Source: an uncultured Clostridium sp.
Lineage (GTDB): Bacteria > Bacillota_I > Bacilli_A > RF39 > UBA660
NCBI GenBank assembly: GCA_946414595.1
Contig: CAMKPE010000006.1
Coordinates: 15,953 to 79,952 of the forward strand
Direction of reading: 5' to 3'
Length of the DNA: 64,000 bases
Shown in pieces: positions 10,482 to 20,657 of this stretch (position 1 is the first letter of the stretch; every line of letters begins with the position of its first letter). A program made the translations under genes and the position numbers. The notes beneath the pieces are model-generated. The model was not told the origin of the DNA and did no database searches. It was given only the letters and a program-made list of their open reading frames with translations.

Positions 10482-10510
10482 ATTGTACACTATAAAATTA
10501 TAATATACAA
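10482..10510 (-). promoter_or_regulatory. Sigma-A-type promoter for the hisS T-box leader
   Basis: Minus strand: TTGTAT (10505-10510), 17-nt spacer, TG-extended TACAAT (10482-10487). Confidence 0.55.
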
Positions 10511-10518
10511 GTAAAATA

Positions 10519-11613
10519 TTAATAATTAATTCCTCTATTATCTTCCATTGGTTTTTGTGCTTCTTTTATAGATTCATAAGTGACTTCTTTCCAATTTGGT
10601 AATGCTATTATATCTTTTGGTTTTATTTCAATATCTTTATAAACACCTACTACTCCAAATTGTCCAGATAGGAACAAAGTCATTGTTATATATAAAGCAT
10701 CATTAAATGATAAATCTTCTTTAAATGTAATAGGAACTTTATCAAACTCTTCCTCTTGCATTCCTAATTTTTGTCTCTTTTCTATATATTTCCTATATGA
10801 TTTAACACCATTTCCAATGCAGTTAACATTACTTTGATCAAATCTAGATTTCTTTCCTAAAGTAAAGTCTCCTGTTTCTTCATCTCTTCTATATGCTCCA
10901 TTAAGAGAACTATGACTTACTAACATATCCATGTAATAAATCATTGCTTGATCTTCTACTGGAAGTCTTTCAATATTTTCATCACTGAATTGATTACCTA
11001 TAGCATTTCCATAAACAATACTTAATAGTTCAAAACTTTCTCCAAGTTTATCACCGTTTTCTGCTACTATATAACTTCTTGCCATTTCTTCTTTTTCTTT
11101 TAGATAAGTCTTGGAATTATATTTTTCTAATATTTTATCTTCTGTTTCTTTTCTTGCTTCTACATCTAGTTTTTCTATATAAGTTAAACTTTTTGTAGAT
11201 ATAGTTTTATCAATAGCTAAGATTTCTGGTGTTGTAATAGCAACTCCATGTAAAGAGAAATCTGGTGGAATTAAAACCATTTCTATAATTTTATAGAAAT
11301 AATTAGCATATGGAACTTTTATTACTGTTTCAAAAAATTCTTGAATAGTACCTTCTATAAACTCTGGAGCATCTGTATTAATATCGAAAGATCCTTCTTT
11401 CATTCTTTCGGTTAATTTAATAACTATGAACTTCCTAAATATTTTTCTTAAATCTGTTAATTCAGTATCTCCCCAAGGAGCAGTACTAAAATGAATACAA
11501 CTTCTTTCGTATCCTAATTCTTCTTTTTTATGTATTTTATCTTCTAATGAATTAACAAATCCCAAAGCTTCTTGTTTAAGTTCGTCTATCTCTTTAATTG
11601 ATTCTTCACTCAT
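10519..11613 (-). CDS. Hypothetical protein (364 aa from the preferred start)
   Basis: Start set at the ATG at 11611-11613 (MSEESIKEIDEL), preceded by GAGGTGG. No family recognised. It follows truB where ribF is usually found. Confidence 0.6.
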   Translation of the reverse strand: MSEESIKEIDELKQEALGFVNSLEDKIHKKEELGYERSCIHFSTAPWGDTELTDLRKIFRKFIVIKLTERMKEGSFDINTDAPEFIEGTIQEFFETVIKVPYANYFYKIIEMVLIPPDFSLHGVAITTPEILAIDKTISTKSLTYIEKLDVEARKETEDKILEKYNSKTYLKEKEEMARSYIVAENGDKLGESFELLSIVYGNAIGNQFSDENIERLPVEDQAMIYYMDMLVSHSSLNGAYRRDEETGDFTLGKKSRFDQSNVNCIGNGVKSYRKYIEKRQKLGMQEEEFDKVPITFKEDLSFNDALYITMTLFLSGQFGVVGVYKDIEIKPKDIIALPNWKEVTYESIKEAQKPMEDNRGINY

Positions 11614-11665
11614 ATGTTCCACCTCTATAATAAAAATATCACATTTGAAAACAAATGTGAATATT

Positions 11666-12529
11666 TTATTTCCCATAAAAAACTTTTACTGGTTTAACTT
11701 TTGTATTATCTTTTGCATATACTTCATATATTGCAATTATTTCATGGTTTTTATTTCTATATACAATTGGAGATCTATCATATAAATTTCTTAATATTGC
11801 TCCATGATTTATCTTGTTTTCTATGTAATCATCTACATCTACAATTAACATGTCTTTAAAAACTTTTTCAATAGGTATTAGTTTTATTCTATTGTTTCTT
11901 AAATTCTCTACGCTTATTGCGTCTTCTAAAGAAAAATCCCCTTGTCTAGTTCTTCTTAAGTCTTTCATAGTACAGCAAATACCAAGAGATTCTCCAATAT
12001 CTCTAATTAAGCTTCTTATATATGTTCCTTTGCTAACTGTTGTTTTAAATACAAATTCATCTTTATTATAATCGAGTAATTCTATATTAAAGATTTCTAC
12101 TTCTCTTTTAGGTAATTCTACTTCTTTATTTTTTCTTGCATATTTATATAAACGTTCACCACTTACTTTAACAGAAGAATATAATGGAACAACTTGTTCA
12201 TATTTACCAAGAAAGCTATTTAATACTTCTGTTAATCTTTCTTTAGTAATATTAAAGTCTTTATTCTCCTCTAATATGTTACCTGTAACATCAAGAGTGT
12301 CGGTCAAAAGTCCCATCTTAACTGTTGCTATATATTCTTTGGTTGAATCATTTAGGTATTCAAGAACTTTTACTCCTGTTCCAACAGCAAGAACAAGTAC
12401 TCCTGTTGCCATTGGATCAAGTGTACCAGCATGCCCTACTTTTCTTGTGTCAAAGATTTTTTCTGTTATATTTACTAAATCTCTACTAGTAAAATCTTTT
12501 TCTTTATCTATTACTAATAATCCATTCAT
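11666..12529 (-). CDS. truB: tRNA pseudouridine-55 synthase
   Basis: Contains GLLVIDKEKDFTSRDLV and GHAGTLDPMATGVL. The track start (12541) is a GTG; the ATG at 12529 follows GGTGA. Confidence 0.92.
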   Translation of the reverse strand: MNGLLVIDKEKDFTSRDLVNITEKIFDTRKVGHAGTLDPMATGVLVLAVGTGVKVLEYLNDSTKEYIATVKMGLLTDTLDVTGNILEENKDFNITKERLTEVLNSFLGKYEQVVPLYSSVKVSGERLYKYARKNKEVELPKREVEIFNIELLDYNKDEFVFKTTVSKGTYIRSLIRDIGESLGICCTMKDLRRTRQGDFSLEDAISVENLRNNRIKLIPIEKVFKDMLIVDVDDYIENKINHGAILRNLYDRSPIVYRNKNHEIIAIYEVYAKDNTKVKPVKVFYGK

Positions 12530-12626
12530 AGAATCACCCACATAAATATAATATCATAACATCGTAATTTATTGACTTTTTTATTTTGCAGTGTTAACCT
12601 AAAAGCATGTTTTAGGGGGGATATGT

Positions 12627-13133
12627 ATGTTAGAATCAGAATTAAGCAAAAAATTAAGAGCATTCATTATTTCAATGGATGATACTTATGGAGATGGAAT
12701 GACTCTTGAGTTAGCAGAGACTCATCGTCATGAATTATATACTGCACTAAATCGTTATTCACATGGTATGTTTGAAAAATATAGCGAAGATGATATTTTA
12801 GCTGAATTAATAATAGATGAATTATTGTGTGATGATCAAGATAATGAATTAGTAAAAGAAACAAAAAGACTTACTTGTTTAAAAACTTCTGCAGAAAGAG
12901 TGTTTAAAGAAGTACATAAAGATCAATACTATAGAGATGTATTAGTAAAATCATTTATTAAAAGAGCAACTATCCCTTTTGATAAAAAAATAGAAAATGT
13001 TAAAAATCCTAGAGTTTTTGATATGATTCAAAAGATAAGTACTTACCAGTTATCAAAAAAAGAAGAAAAAAGAAAAAATGGTAAAGTAAAAGGGAAAAAT
13101 ATGCCATTTGAAAAACTAAGACCTTGGTCTTAG
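12627..13133 (+). CDS. Hypothetical protein (168 aa)
   Basis: GGGGGG RBS 6 nt before the ATG. Basic K/E-rich C-terminus. Convergent with mutM, overlapping it by 4 nt. Confidence 0.55.
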   Translation: MLESELSKKLRAFIISMDDTYGDGMTLELAETHRHELYTALNRYSHGMFEKYSEDDILAELIIDELLCDDQDNELVKETKRLTCLKTSAERVFKEVHKDQYYRDVLVKSFIKRATIPFDKKIENVKNPRVFDMIQKISTYQLSKKEEKRKNGKVKGKNMPFEKLRPWS

Positions 13134-13954
13134 TTTTTTTGACATTTAGGACAGTAGTAAGTACCTCTTCCTCCCACTTTAATTTTTATTATTTTGCTTT
13201 TGCAAATACGACATTCTTCATTTTGTCTTTGATGAACAAATAAATTATTTTGAAACATTCCAGTTACTCCTTCTTCTGAAGTGTAACTTCTAATTGTTGT
13301 TCCACCTTCTTCAATTGCTTGATCAAGAACTTTAACTGTATTTTCAATTATATCTTTTCTATTCTTATCATTTAGGTCTTTAGCTTTTGTTAATGGATTT
13401 ATCCTTGATAAGAAAAGTATTTCATCAGCATAGATATTACCAATTCCTGTAATAATTGATTGATCTAGTAAAACACTTTTAATTGGAAGTGTTTTTTTAC
13501 TATACTTTTCTTTTAGATAATCGCTAGTTAAGTTTTTATCCCAAGGCTCTAGTCCTAATTCAGTATATGGTTTCATAGAGTATATCTTATCTTTTTCAAT
13601 AAGCATTACTCTTCCAAATTTTCTAACGTCTGCAAAACGCAATTGTTCATCATTATCTAAGTTAAAGAATACATGTTCATGTTTATTTTTTTCATCTTTC
13701 TTAGTTCTAAAAAAGAACTTACCTTCCATTCTTAGATGAAATAATAAATAGTAATCATCAAGAGTCATTACAATCCATTTACCTCTTGTTGTTATCTCAT
13801 GTATTGTTTGATTCTTAATATTTTTTATAAAGTCATCACATGATGGATAATCAATCATGTTTTTGTGAAATACTTCTACACTTCTTATTGTTCTATTAAG
13901 TAATTTCCTTTCTAGTTTTCTTGCTACTGTTATTACTTCTGGTTTTTCAGGCAT
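13130..13954 (-). CDS. mutM: Formamidopyrimidine-DNA glycosylase
   Basis: N-terminal MPEKPEV (catalytic Pro2, Glu3), an H2TH region, and a C-terminal zinc finger CRICKSK...YYCPKCQ. Sits immediately downstream of polA, as in Bacillus. Confidence 0.93.
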   Translation of the reverse strand: MPEKPEVITVARKLERKLLNRTIRSVEVFHKNMIDYPSCDDFIKNIKNQTIHEITTRGKWIVMTLDDYYLLFHLRMEGKFFFRTKKDEKNKHEHVFFNLDNDEQLRFADVRKFGRVMLIEKDKIYSMKPYTELGLEPWDKNLTSDYLKEKYSKKTLPIKSVLLDQSIITGIGNIYADEILFLSRINPLTKAKDLNDKNRKDIIENTVKVLDQAIEEGGTTIRSYTSEEGVTGMFQNNLFVHQRQNEECRICKSKIIKIKVGGRGTYYCPKCQKN

Positions 13955-13962
13955 AATTACAC

Positions 13963-16584
13963 CTACTTTGCATCATACCAATCTGAACCTTTGTTTATAT
14001 CTACTACTAAAGGTACAGATAGTTTATAAGTATTTTCCATGATATCTCTAACAAGTTTTTCTACAACTTCTTCTTCATCTTTTAATACATTGAATACAAG
14101 TTCATCGTGTACTTGAATAAGCATTTTACTCTTTAAGTTTCTTTTTTCGAATTCTCTATATATTTCAACCATTGCTTTCTTTAAGATATCTGCACTAGTT
14201 CCTTGTATTGGTGTATTAAGAGCCATTCTTTCTCCACTTGATCTTATCATGTAGTTTTTATTATTTAACTCTTCAATAATTCTTTTTCTATTCATTAATG
14301 TTTTAACATAACCATTCTTATGTGCTTCTTCGATTGTTTCTTTCATATATTCACTAATTCTTGGATATGTCTTTAAGTAGTTATCAATAAAGTCTTTGGC
14401 TTTATAAACATCTATATTTAAGTCTTCAGAAAGACCAAAACTACTGATTCCATAAAGTATTCCAAAGTTAACTGCTTTAGCTTGTCTTCTTTGGTCTTTA
14501 GTTACTTCTTCTAGTGGTACTCCAAATATATCACTTGCTGTCTTAGCATGTATATCATTACCATGTTTAAATGCCTCAATTAAGTTTTCTGCATTAGACA
14601 TAGCAGCGAATACTCTTAATTCAATTTGTGAATAGTCGCTAGAAAGTATTATAGAATCTTTTTCTGGATAGAAAGCTTTTCTTATCAATTTACCATATTC
14701 AAGTCTTGCTGGAATGTTTTGTAAGTTAGGTTCACTAGATGATAATCTTCCAGTTCTTGTTAATGTTTGATTAAACTGTGTATGAATCTTTCCATCAGGT
14801 TTTATTTCACTTATTAATCCTCCAACATAGTTGTTATATAGTTTTGATAAAGTTCTATAATCTAATATCTTATCTATTATTGGACTATAAGGTGCTACTT
14901 TATCAAGTATATCTTTACTTGTTGAATAGTTATTATCTTTTATTCTTTTTGGATAAGGAAGTTCCATTTTAACAAATAGTATTTCTCCAAGTTGTTTAGG
15001 AGACATGATGTTAAATTCACATCCAGCTATCTCATATATTTCTTTTTCAAGACTTGCTAGTTTTCCTTTTATTTCTTCACCCATTGTTCTTAGGTAATCA
15101 GCACTTACATTAATTCCAGTGTATTCCATATCAGCTAAAACAACAGATAAAGGCATCTCTATTTCATTAAATAAATATTCTTCCTCTTCTTCTTTTAGTT
15201 TATTTAAGTATTCATCTTTTGTATCATAAATAAACTTAGCTTTTAAACAAGCATTCTTAGCAATTACATCAAGTTCTGGTTCATGAAGTTTAGCAATAGT
15301 CCCAAACTCTTCTTCATAAAACATTACATCAATTGAGTTATTTTTCATAAGATAGCTAATATCATCTTTAATATTATAGTTAAGAAGGTATCCTGCTATC
15401 ATAAGATCATAATTACAATTAGTAATTATAAGATTATTATATTTAAGTACCACTAATAGTTTCTTTAAATCATAAGTATACTTTTGATAATCGTTTTCAA
15501 GTATTATCTCTGGATTATCTTTTACTATATCAAAAGGAATGTAATAGTTATTTTTTCCATCAGAGATTGATACTCCTAAAGGTTTAGCAGAATGATAGTT
15601 GTATCCTAATAATTCAAGATATATTGAATAATCTTTATTAAGTTTAACTTCATCTATGCTCTTAACAATCTTATAATCTAGTTTTTCTTCTATTCTTATA
15701 TTTTCTCTTTGATCTTCTTTTTTAATATCCATTTTTTTTATTAAAGAATAGAATTCATAATCTTCAAGTAATTCAATATATTTTAAAGTATCATATCCTT
15801 TATATCTTATTTTTTCAAAATCAGTATCTATTGGTACTTCAGTATATATTGTAGCAAGATCATAACTTTGATATGCACTTTCTTTTCCTTCAATCAACTT
15901 ATCTTTAAGTTTTCCTTTTATGTTATCTATGTTTTCATAGATATTATCTAAAGTCTTATATTCTTGTAATAATTGAAGTGCTGTTTTCTCTCCTACTCCT
16001 TTAACACCTGGAATGTTGTCTGATGAGTCTCCCATTAATGATTTCAAATCAACCATTCTTGGTGGTTCTATTCCATAAGTATTAACAAATTCTTGATGAG
16101 TCATTCTAATGTTTCCTACTTGTTTTAATAGTTTAACTTCAACTTCATCAGTAATAAGTTGTAATAAGTCTTTATCACTACTTATTATTACAGCATCAAA
16201 TTCTTTATTGTTATTACATTTCTTTGCAAATGTTCCAATAATGTCATCTGCTTCATAGTTATCTATTTCAAAGTAATTTATTCCCATTGCTTCAACAAGT
16301 TTCTTAGCTTCTGGAAATTGCATTTTTAATTCATCAGGTGTAGCCATTCTTCCACCTTTATAATCAGCATATTTCTCATGTCTAAATGTTTTACCTTTAT
16401 CAAAAGCACACATTATATAAGTTGGTTTTTCTTCTTCGATAATTTTATTCATCATGTTAACTAAACCATATAATGCATTAGTTGGAAAGCCTTTAGAGTT
16501 TTTCATTGTATTACCATTGTATGCAGTTGCATAATAGCTTCTAAATAAAATGTTATTTCCATCAATTAATATTACTTTTTCCAT
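13963..16584 (-). CDS. polA: DNA polymerase I
   Basis: 873 aa. Has a 5'-nuclease N-domain and the polymerase motifs RRQAKAVNFGILYG and QVHDELVF. Confidence 0.97.
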   Translation of the reverse strand: MEKVILIDGNNILFRSYYATAYNGNTMKNSKGFPTNALYGLVNMMNKIIEEEKPTYIMCAFDKGKTFRHEKYADYKGGRMATPDELKMQFPEAKKLVEAMGINYFEIDNYEADDIIGTFAKKCNNNKEFDAVIISSDKDLLQLITDEVEVKLLKQVGNIRMTHQEFVNTYGIEPPRMVDLKSLMGDSSDNIPGVKGVGEKTALQLLQEYKTLDNIYENIDNIKGKLKDKLIEGKESAYQSYDLATIYTEVPIDTDFEKIRYKGYDTLKYIELLEDYEFYSLIKKMDIKKEDQRENIRIEEKLDYKIVKSIDEVKLNKDYSIYLELLGYNYHSAKPLGVSISDGKNNYYIPFDIVKDNPEIILENDYQKYTYDLKKLLVVLKYNNLIITNCNYDLMIAGYLLNYNIKDDISYLMKNNSIDVMFYEEEFGTIAKLHEPELDVIAKNACLKAKFIYDTKDEYLNKLKEEEEEYLFNEIEMPLSVVLADMEYTGINVSADYLRTMGEEIKGKLASLEKEIYEIAGCEFNIMSPKQLGEILFVKMELPYPKRIKDNNYSTSKDILDKVAPYSPIIDKILDYRTLSKLYNNYVGGLISEIKPDGKIHTQFNQTLTRTGRLSSSEPNLQNIPARLEYGKLIRKAFYPEKDSIILSSDYSQIELRVFAAMSNAENLIEAFKHGNDIHAKTASDIFGVPLEEVTKDQRRQAKAVNFGILYGISSFGLSEDLNIDVYKAKDFIDNYLKTYPRISEYMKETIEEAHKNGYVKTLMNRKRIIEELNNKNYMIRSSGERMALNTPIQGTSADILKKAMVEIYREFEKRNLKSKMLIQVHDELVFNVLKDEEEVVEKLVRDIMENTYKLSVPLVVDINKGSDWYDAK

Positions 16585-16609
16585 AAATAATCACCTAGTA
16601 ATATTATAT

Positions 16610-16644
16610 CAAAAAAAGAAAGTAATAAACAATTATTACTTTCT
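16610..16644 (-). terminator. Rho-independent terminator overlapping the stop codon of the 16636-17568 ORF
   Basis: Perfect 12-bp stem AGAAAGTAATAA/TTATTACTTTCT (16617-16628 and 16633-16644) with loop ACAA, then a U7 run on the minus strand. Confidence 0.65.
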
Positions 16645-17568
16645 TCTTAAAAAGTTTATTGCCAATCTTCTTGGCTTTTTATATTCAATTAATTCGTTTT
16701 CTATAGAAATATTAACCATTCTTTCATCAATATCATATACACTGAAATCTTTATCATTAAAGTATTCTTTTATAAATCCATCAAAGACAAAGTTATAAGT
16801 AAGTGCTATTCCATTTTCCTTTAATGGTAAAGATCTTAAAAACTGTTTATATTCTTCAGCTTTTTCTTTATTACCAGTTCTTGGTAATCCTACATAATTA
16901 AATAAATTAGATAAAAGTATTAAATCAAATTTTCCCATTGAATTAACATCTGTTTCAAATATATTACCATCAGATAATTCTATATTAACATCTTTTAATT
17001 TTCTTCTTACTAATTTATAATTTAATCCCTGTAAGTAAGGGTTATTAACAATTACTCTTTGTTTAGATAGAGTAAATGATCCAAATAGTTTTGAATATTC
17101 TAAATCTTCTTGTGTATACCTTGTAAAAATATAATCCCAGAACTTTTTAATGTCACCTACTAATCCAGTTCTTGCTTTTTCATAATAATCTATACCAAGA
17201 GGATAAGTTCTTTTACTAATATCTCCAATTATAAAATTTAAGAAATCTTCTTGATTTAATTTTTGGATTGCTGCTAGTTTAAGTGCTACAAAATATTTAA
17301 CCAGTTTAGATATATCTATTCCTTTAACTTCTTTAGCTCCTTGTAATATAGCATTTATTATTTGATCTCCAGAACCAGTAATTGCTAGTACTTTTTCTTT
17401 GTTTTTCATATTACCGAAATAGTTTGGATCGCTTATTGTTTCATTAGTGGTTCTATAAATCATAGAGTGTTCATTGAATATCCCTGATTCAACCTTTAAC
17501 TTACCATTAATTACGCCATCAGCCAATTCCATATCATGTTTTAATTGTAAGTTTTGTATGGATAACAT
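16636..17568 (-). CDS. Rossmann/SAM-binding-fold protein resembling DUF3419 (BtaA-like); paralogue 1
   Basis: 310 aa. VLAITGSGDQIINAILQGAKEVKGIDIS...ALKLAAIQKL and DLILLSNLFNY fit my recollection of the DUF3419 pattern. Clearly paralogous to the next gene. Confidence 0.5.
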   Translation of the reverse strand: MLSIQNLQLKHDMELADGVINGKLKVESGIFNEHSMIYRTTNETISDPNYFGNMKNKEKVLAITGSGDQIINAILQGAKEVKGIDISKLVKYFVALKLAAIQKLNQEDFLNFIIGDISKRTYPLGIDYYEKARTGLVGDIKKFWDYIFTRYTQEDLEYSKLFGSFTLSKQRVIVNNPYLQGLNYKLVRRKLKDVNIELSDGNIFETDVNSMGKFDLILLSNLFNYVGLPRTGNKEKAEEYKQFLRSLPLKENGIALTYNFVFDGFIKEYFNDKDFSVYDIDERMVNISIENELIEYKKPRRLAINFLRRK

Positions 17569-17577
17569 ACTCTATTT

Positions 17578-18462
17578 TCACCACTTTCTTTTATATAATA
17601 CCATCCAGTCCGGATCATCTCTTTTTTCTTTTCTTTCATCAGTTAAGTGACATGGTCTATAATTATCACTTAAAAGACTAAAATAATTCTTATTTTGCCA
17701 CAATTCATAGTATTCAACATTGTAGTTTAATACTAAGCCATCTTCATTTAATGGAACATTTTCTATAAATGCTCTTAATGCTGAATAGTCATTATCATTT
17801 GCTCTAACATAGTTAATTATATTAGATAAGTTAACTAAATCAAAACCTTTCATACCAGTAGTATCTAAATTTAAAATATTACCAGTATGAAATTTAACTG
17901 TAATATCCCCTATTTTTTCTTTTACTATTTCATATTTTCCATCATGCATGTATGGATTAAAACGTCTAATTAAATCTTCATCAACTATATCTTGTCTAAA
18001 TAAAGGTGATTTAACAATTCTTTTTGCATCATATTGTGAAATTATACTATCCCAAAACTTTCTATTGTCTTCATCTAAAAATGATTGTATCTTTCCATAC
18101 ATATCTTTATCGAATAGTTTATCTCCTTTATCGTAGAAGAAGTCCATAAACTCATTTAGTTTAAGTGCTTTAAGGGCTGCTAGTTTTAGCATTAAGTAAT
18201 ATTTAGGAAATGTACTAATATCAAATCCTTCAATATCTTTACTACCTAATAGTATTGAATTAATTATTTGGTCACCTGATGCTAGTACTGATAAGATTCT
18301 TTCTCTATTTCTTATTGCATCTTGATATTCTTTTGCTGATACTATTTCGTTAGTTGTACGATAAATCCCGGATATATCACAATGAACATGTCTTGGTGGA
18401 AATACTGTACCTTCAATAAGACCTTTAGCTGTTTCAATGTCTTTTTCAAGATCCATACTCAT
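17578..18462 (-). CDS. Rossmann/SAM-binding-fold protein resembling DUF3419 (BtaA-like); paralogue 2
   Basis: 294 aa. Contains ILSVLASGDQIINSILLGSKDIEGFDIS...MLKLAALKALKL and DLVNLSNIINY. Collinear with paralogue 1. Confidence 0.5.
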   Translation of the reverse strand: MSMDLEKDIETAKGLIEGTVFPPRHVHCDISGIYRTTNEIVSAKEYQDAIRNRERILSVLASGDQIINSILLGSKDIEGFDISTFPKYYLMLKLAALKALKLNEFMDFFYDKGDKLFDKDMYGKIQSFLDEDNRKFWDSIISQYDAKRIVKSPLFRQDIVDEDLIRRFNPYMHDGKYEIVKEKIGDITVKFHTGNILNLDTTGMKGFDLVNLSNIINYVRANDNDYSALRAFIENVPLNEDGLVLNYNVEYYELWQNKNYFSLLSDNYRPCHLTDERKEKRDDPDWMVLYKRKW

Positions 18463-18505
18463 ACTAGTTCACCCCTTTACGAGCGGTTATTATAACACAA
18501 CTAAA

Positions 18506-18537
18506 TAAAAAAAGAAAGAATAATCACTTATTCTTTC
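18506..18537 (-). terminator. Rho-independent terminator overlapping the topA stop codon
   Basis: 10-bp stem GAAAGAATAA/TTATTCTTTC (18514-18523 and 18528-18537) with loop TCAC and a U-run on the minus strand. Confidence 0.65.
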
Positions 18538-20552
18538 ACATAATCACATTCACTACATTTAATTGTGTTATTTTTTTCTACCAATAGTTTTCCACATTCA
18601 GGACATTTTTCTCCAGTTGGTACATCCCATGTTGCTACCTTACATTTTGGATAGTTATTGCATCCATAGAATACTTTTCCACGTTTGCTTGTTTTCTCTA
18701 TAATCATTCCGCCACATTCAGGACATTTAACTATTTCTTTTGTTTCTTTTTGTTCTTTCTTTATGTACTTACATGTTGGATAATTGCTACATGCAGTAAA
18801 CTCACCAAATTTTCCTTTTCTAATAACTAAAGGGCTTCCACATTCAGGACATGTTTCTCCAGTTTGTTCAGGAGCTTTCTTTTCCATTTCCCCAAATGCT
18901 TTCTTAACTAGTGGTTCAAAAGAATCATAGAATTCATGTAATACTTTAATATTGTCTTCTTTATCATCAGCAATCTTATCTAGATCAGTTTCCATATTAG
19001 CAGTATATTCAACATTTATAATTCCACTAAAGAACTCTTGTAGTTTATCTGTTGTTTCTATTCCCATCTTAGTAGGTTTAAATTTCTTTTCTACAAGTTC
19101 TACATATTCTCTTTCTTTGATTGTATCAATTACTGTAGCATATGTAGAAGGTCTTCCTATACCTAATTCTTCCATTTCCTTAATTAATTTAGCTTCAGTA
19201 TATCTTGCAGGTGGTTGTGTGAAATGTTGTTCTTTTTCAATACTTTCTGCATTTAATACTTGATTCTTTTCAAGTTTTGGAAGAATCTTATCTTCACTTG
19301 ATTCAAATTCTTTATATACTTTTAAATATCCATCATAGATTAATGTTTGACCAGTTGCTTTAAAGTCATAGTCATTGTTTCTTAATACGATTGTTGTTGC
19401 ATTTACTTTAGCATCTGCCATTAAGCTTGCTAGTGCTCTATAATAGATTAATTCATATAATTTATATTCATCTTTAGTTAAGAACTCTTTCATCTTTTCT
19501 GGTGTTCTAAATACACTTGTTGGTCTTATTGCTTCATGTGCATCTTGAACATTATCTTTTTTCTTTGCTGTCTTAACGTATCCTACATATTCTTTTCCAT
19601 ATGTATCATTAATATATTTATATCCTTCTTTAATAAATTGATCACTAAGTCTTATTGAGTCAGTTCTCATATATGTTATAAGTCCGACTGTCTCACTACC
19701 AATATCAATACCTTCGTATAAATTTTGAGCAAGTGACATTGTCTTCTTAGCATTGAAGTTTAATTTATTAGAAGCATCTTGTTGCATTGTACTTGTAATA
19801 AATGGAGCTTTAGCTTTCTTACTTTTTTGCTTTTCTTCGATTGATAATACTTTAAAGTCATTTGAAAGTGCTTTTAATACTTTATCTGCTTCTTCTTCAT
19901 TATTAATTGTTATTTCTTCATCTTTATAATTAAATAGTACAGCATCAAAGTCATTAAATACTCCTGTAATAGTCCAATATTCTTCGCTATTGAATGCTTC
20001 TATTTCACGTTCTCTATCTACAATTAATTTAAGCGCTACTGATTGAACACGTCCAGCACTCTTTCCACCTGTTTTAGATTGCATTAATTTACTTAATCTA
20101 AATCCAATGATTCTATCAAGTATTCTTCTAGTCTCTTGGCTTTTAACTAAACTGTAGTCTATCTTTCTTGGTTCTTTAAAAGCTTCTAAAACTTTGTCTT
20201 TAGTTATTTCATGGAATAGTACTCTATCATAATCTTGATCTTTTATACCTAAAGCTTCTTTTAAGTGCCAGCTTATAGCTTCCCCTTCACGGTCAGGGTC
20301 GGTTGCAAGATATACTCTATCACTATCTTTTGTAAGTTTCTTTAACTCATTAATTGTCTTTTGTTTTCCTTCTATAGGAATATAGTTAGGTTTAAAATCA
20401 TTGTCTACATCTACTCCTAGACCATATTTTCCTGTTGTTGCTAAATCTCTAATATGCCCTTTTGAAGATACAACTTTAAATCCAGCACCTAAATATTTTT
20501 CTATTGTTTTACTCTTACTTGGAGACTCCACTATTACTAAATTTTTAGTCAC
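18528..20552 (-). CDS. topA: DNA topoisomerase I
   Basis: 674 aa. Has a TOPRIM N-terminus LVIVESPSKSKTIEKYLG, the active-site region ITYMRTDS, and three C-terminal CxxC...CxxC zinc ribbons. Confidence 0.97.
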   Translation of the reverse strand: MTKNLVIVESPSKSKTIEKYLGAGFKVVSSKGHIRDLATTGKYGLGVDVDNDFKPNYIPIEGKQKTINELKKLTKDSDRVYLATDPDREGEAISWHLKEALGIKDQDYDRVLFHEITKDKVLEAFKEPRKIDYSLVKSQETRRILDRIIGFRLSKLMQSKTGGKSAGRVQSVALKLIVDREREIEAFNSEEYWTITGVFNDFDAVLFNYKDEEITINNEEEADKVLKALSNDFKVLSIEEKQKSKKAKAPFITSTMQQDASNKLNFNAKKTMSLAQNLYEGIDIGSETVGLITYMRTDSIRLSDQFIKEGYKYINDTYGKEYVGYVKTAKKKDNVQDAHEAIRPTSVFRTPEKMKEFLTKDEYKLYELIYYRALASLMADAKVNATTIVLRNNDYDFKATGQTLIYDGYLKVYKEFESSEDKILPKLEKNQVLNAESIEKEQHFTQPPARYTEAKLIKEMEELGIGRPSTYATVIDTIKEREYVELVEKKFKPTKMGIETTDKLQEFFSGIINVEYTANMETDLDKIADDKEDNIKVLHEFYDSFEPLVKKAFGEMEKKAPEQTGETCPECGSPLVIRKGKFGEFTACSNYPTCKYIKKEQKETKEIVKCPECGGMIIEKTSKRGKVFYGCNNYPKCKVATWDVPTGEKCPECGKLLVEKNNTIKCSECDYVKE

Positions 20553-20581
20553 GCTTCCACTTCCATTTCTTTTCTTATTTA

Positions 20582-20610
20582 TTTATACTAATTATTAAAT
20601 ATTTTGTCAA
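20582..20610 (-). promoter_or_regulatory. Sigma-A-type promoter upstream of topA
   Basis: Minus strand: TTGACA (20605-20610), 17-nt spacer, TATAAA (20582-20587). Confidence 0.55.
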
Positions 20611-20631
20611 CACTATATATTATTATACATT

Positions 20632-20657
20632 TAAAAAGAAATTCCTAAGAATTTCTT
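20632..20657 (-). terminator. Rho-independent terminator overlapping the stop codon of the 20656-21783 ORF
   Basis: 9-bp stem AAGAAATTC/GAATTTCTT (20636-20644 and 20649-20657) with a 4-nt loop and a U-run on the minus strand. Confidence 0.6.

Noticed and set aside
12667-12864. 65-aa minus-strand ORF inside the plus-strand 12627-13133 gene.
   Set aside because: It is shorter and lacks an RBS, and it is fully nested antisense in the better-supported plus-strand ORF, which has a GGGGGG RBS.
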